DNA from: Chiloscyllium plagiosum
Lineage: Eukaryota
Assembly (NCBI RefSeq): GCF_004010195.1
Contig: NC_057718.1
Coordinates: forward strand, 56,284,895 to 56,348,894
DNA: 64,000 nucleotides
Direction: 5' to 3'
Shown: piece by piece, positions 61,990 to 64,000 of the stretch
Layout of the letters: each line of letters begins with the position of its first letter
Position numbering within the stretch: the first letter of the stretch is position 1
Notes under the pieces: model-generated
Database searches by the model: none
Told to the model about the DNA's origin: nothing
The model's input: only the letters and a program-made list of their open reading frames with translations
Made by a program: the position numbers and the translations under genes

Positions 61990-63480
61990 CCACTGATAAT
62001 ACCATTAGCCCATCGCCTCCCCAGTTCAGTGATAGTAGCAGCTTTGAATAGTTAAATTATCTCTTGTTGGTGATGGTCATTGCCTGGACTTGTGTGGCAC
62101 AAACATCACTTGCCACTTCTCAATCCAAGCCTTGACAGTGTCCAGCTCTTGCTGCATTAGGATATGGACTACTTCATTGTCTGAGGAGTCAGAGTGCTGT
62201 TGAACATTGTGTAATCATCAGTGAACATTCCTTCTTCCAACCTGATGAAGTAGCTGAAGACTGTTGGAACAAGAACCATGTTCTTTTGTGCCATGTATAA
62301 CTGAACTTGTGGAGAGTTTTCTCCCTGATTCTCATTGACTGTAATTTTGCTAGGGCTCTTTGATGCCACACTTGGTCAAGTGTGGCCTTGATGTCCCCTC
62401 AGTTCTGGAATTCAACTCTTTTGTCCATGTTTGAATGATGGTTTGCAATGACATCAGGAACTGAGTGGCCATAGTGCAACCCAAACTAAGCATCAGTGAG
62501 CAGGAAATTGCTAAGCAAGTGCAGCTTGATAGCATTATTGAGGACGTAATTGATTACTTTATGATCGTAAGTTGACTATTGGGATATTAATTGGCCAGAT
62601 TGGAGTTGTCCTGCTTATAGGTAAAAACAAGGACTGCAGATGCTGGAAACTAGATTCTAGATTAGAGTGGTGCTGGAAAAGCACAGCAGTTCAGGCAGCA
62701 TCCAAGGAGCAGGAAAATCGACGTTTCGGGCAAAAGTCCTTCATCAGGAATAGAGGCAGAGTGCCTGCAGGGTGGAAAGATAAATGAGAGGAGGGTGGGG
62801 GTGGGACAAACCTGAGCAATTTTCCACATTGCTGGGTAAATGATAGTGTTGTAGCTGTACTGGAAACAGCTTAGCTGAGGGCATAGCAATGTCTGAAGCA
62901 CATGTCTTAGTACTATTACTGTAATATTGTCAAAGCTGATAGACTTTGCAGTATCCAGTGCAAAGTCCACTCATTACTTGATATCATGGAGAATGAATGG
63001 GATCAGCTAAAGTCTGACATCTGTCAGGTTGAGATGGTTCATTAACTCAGCACTTATGGCTGAAGGTTGGTGTAAATGCTTTACGTTATTTTTTGCACTG
63101 ACGTACTTGACCTTAGTCAATAAGGATGGGGTGTTTAAAAACCTTTTTCAATTAATTGTTTAATTGACCACCACCATTCACAACTGGATGTGGCAGGACT
63201 GCAGAGCTTAAATTTGATCTATTGATTGTGGAATTGGTTACGTCTGCTCTGTGGCATGTAAGTAACCCTTCTTTGAAGCTTCATCAGGCTGACACCTCCT
63301 GCTTAGGTATGTCTGGTGCTGTTCTCCTGCACTCTTCATTGAACCAAGGTTGATTTCCTGACTTAGTGGTAATGGCAGAATGGGGGAATATGCTAGTTCA
63401 TGAGGCTGCAGATTGTGTTGGGGTCAAATTCTGCTGCTGCTAATGGCCCACATCACCTCACGGCTGCCCAGTCTAGAGTT
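61990..63480 (-). mobile_element. Decayed CR1/L2-group LINE fragment, with a PLE terminus inserted at about 62620-62803
   Basis: VWHQRALAKL, FTDD.TMF, YPAMWKIAQVCP peptides. Confidence 0.7.
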
Positions 63481-63485
63481 ATCGA

Positions 63486-64000
63486 GTCATAGAGTCATAT
63501 AGTACAAAAACAGACCCTTTGGTCCAACGGTTCCGTGCCCACCAGACATCCCAATCTGATAGTCTGGTTTGCCAGCATTTGGCCCATATCCTTGCAAACC
63601 CTTTCAATTCATATACCCATCTATATGCCTCTTAAGTGTTGTAATTGTAATTGTACCTGACTCCACTACTTCCTCTGGCAACTTGTTTCATACACACACC
63701 ATCCTCTGAGTGAAAATGTTACCCCTCAGGCCTTTTTACATCTTTTCCCTCTCACCTTAAACCTATGTCTCTAGTTTTAGACTCCCACACTGAAGGAAAA
63801 AGACCTTGGCTTTTCACCTTATCCATGCCCCTCATGATTTTATACATTTCTATAAGGTCACAACCCAGCCTCTGATGCTACAGGGAAAAAAAACTCAGCC
63901 TATTCAGCCTCTCCCTATAACTCAAACCCTCCAGTTCTGGCAACATTTTCGTAAATCTTTTCTGTACTCTCTCAAGTTTAACAACATCCTTCCTAAAGGA
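63486..64000 (-). mobile_element. CR1/HER1-like 3' end
   Basis: Same 3' sequence and tail as the 35167 copy. Confidence 0.88.

Noticed and set aside
61000..64000. CLHC1 first coding exon or promoter
   Set aside because: No matching peptide or CpG island found; region is mostly repeats, so the 5' end is probably beyond the window

Overview
Repeat-rich vertebrate genomic DNA, most likely from a cartilaginous fish (shark), inferred from the V-domain HE1-like SINEs and HER1/CR1-like LINEs. One host gene is visible. Ten minus-strand GT-AG coding exons (60983 down to a stop at 14683; 1614 nt, 537 aa, phases all compatible) encode a CLHC1 (clathrin heavy chain linker domain-containing 1) orthologue, whose first coding exon was not found in the window. 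The rest is mostly transposable elements: many CR1 fragments including one near-full-length copy, a near-full-length but internally deleted L1, the 5' half of a class I-like endogenous retrovirus (LTR, tRNA-Ser-like PBS, decayed gag), SINEs, LTR remnants and about 14 Penelope-like element (PLE) insertions. The most notable hidden layer is a set of minimal hammerhead ribozyme motifs of two sequence types in the PLE termini, plus several short fold-back PLE insertions with long target-site duplications (TSDs). Three N-gaps all fall inside PLEs. All family assignments are by recognition from memory; no searches were run.
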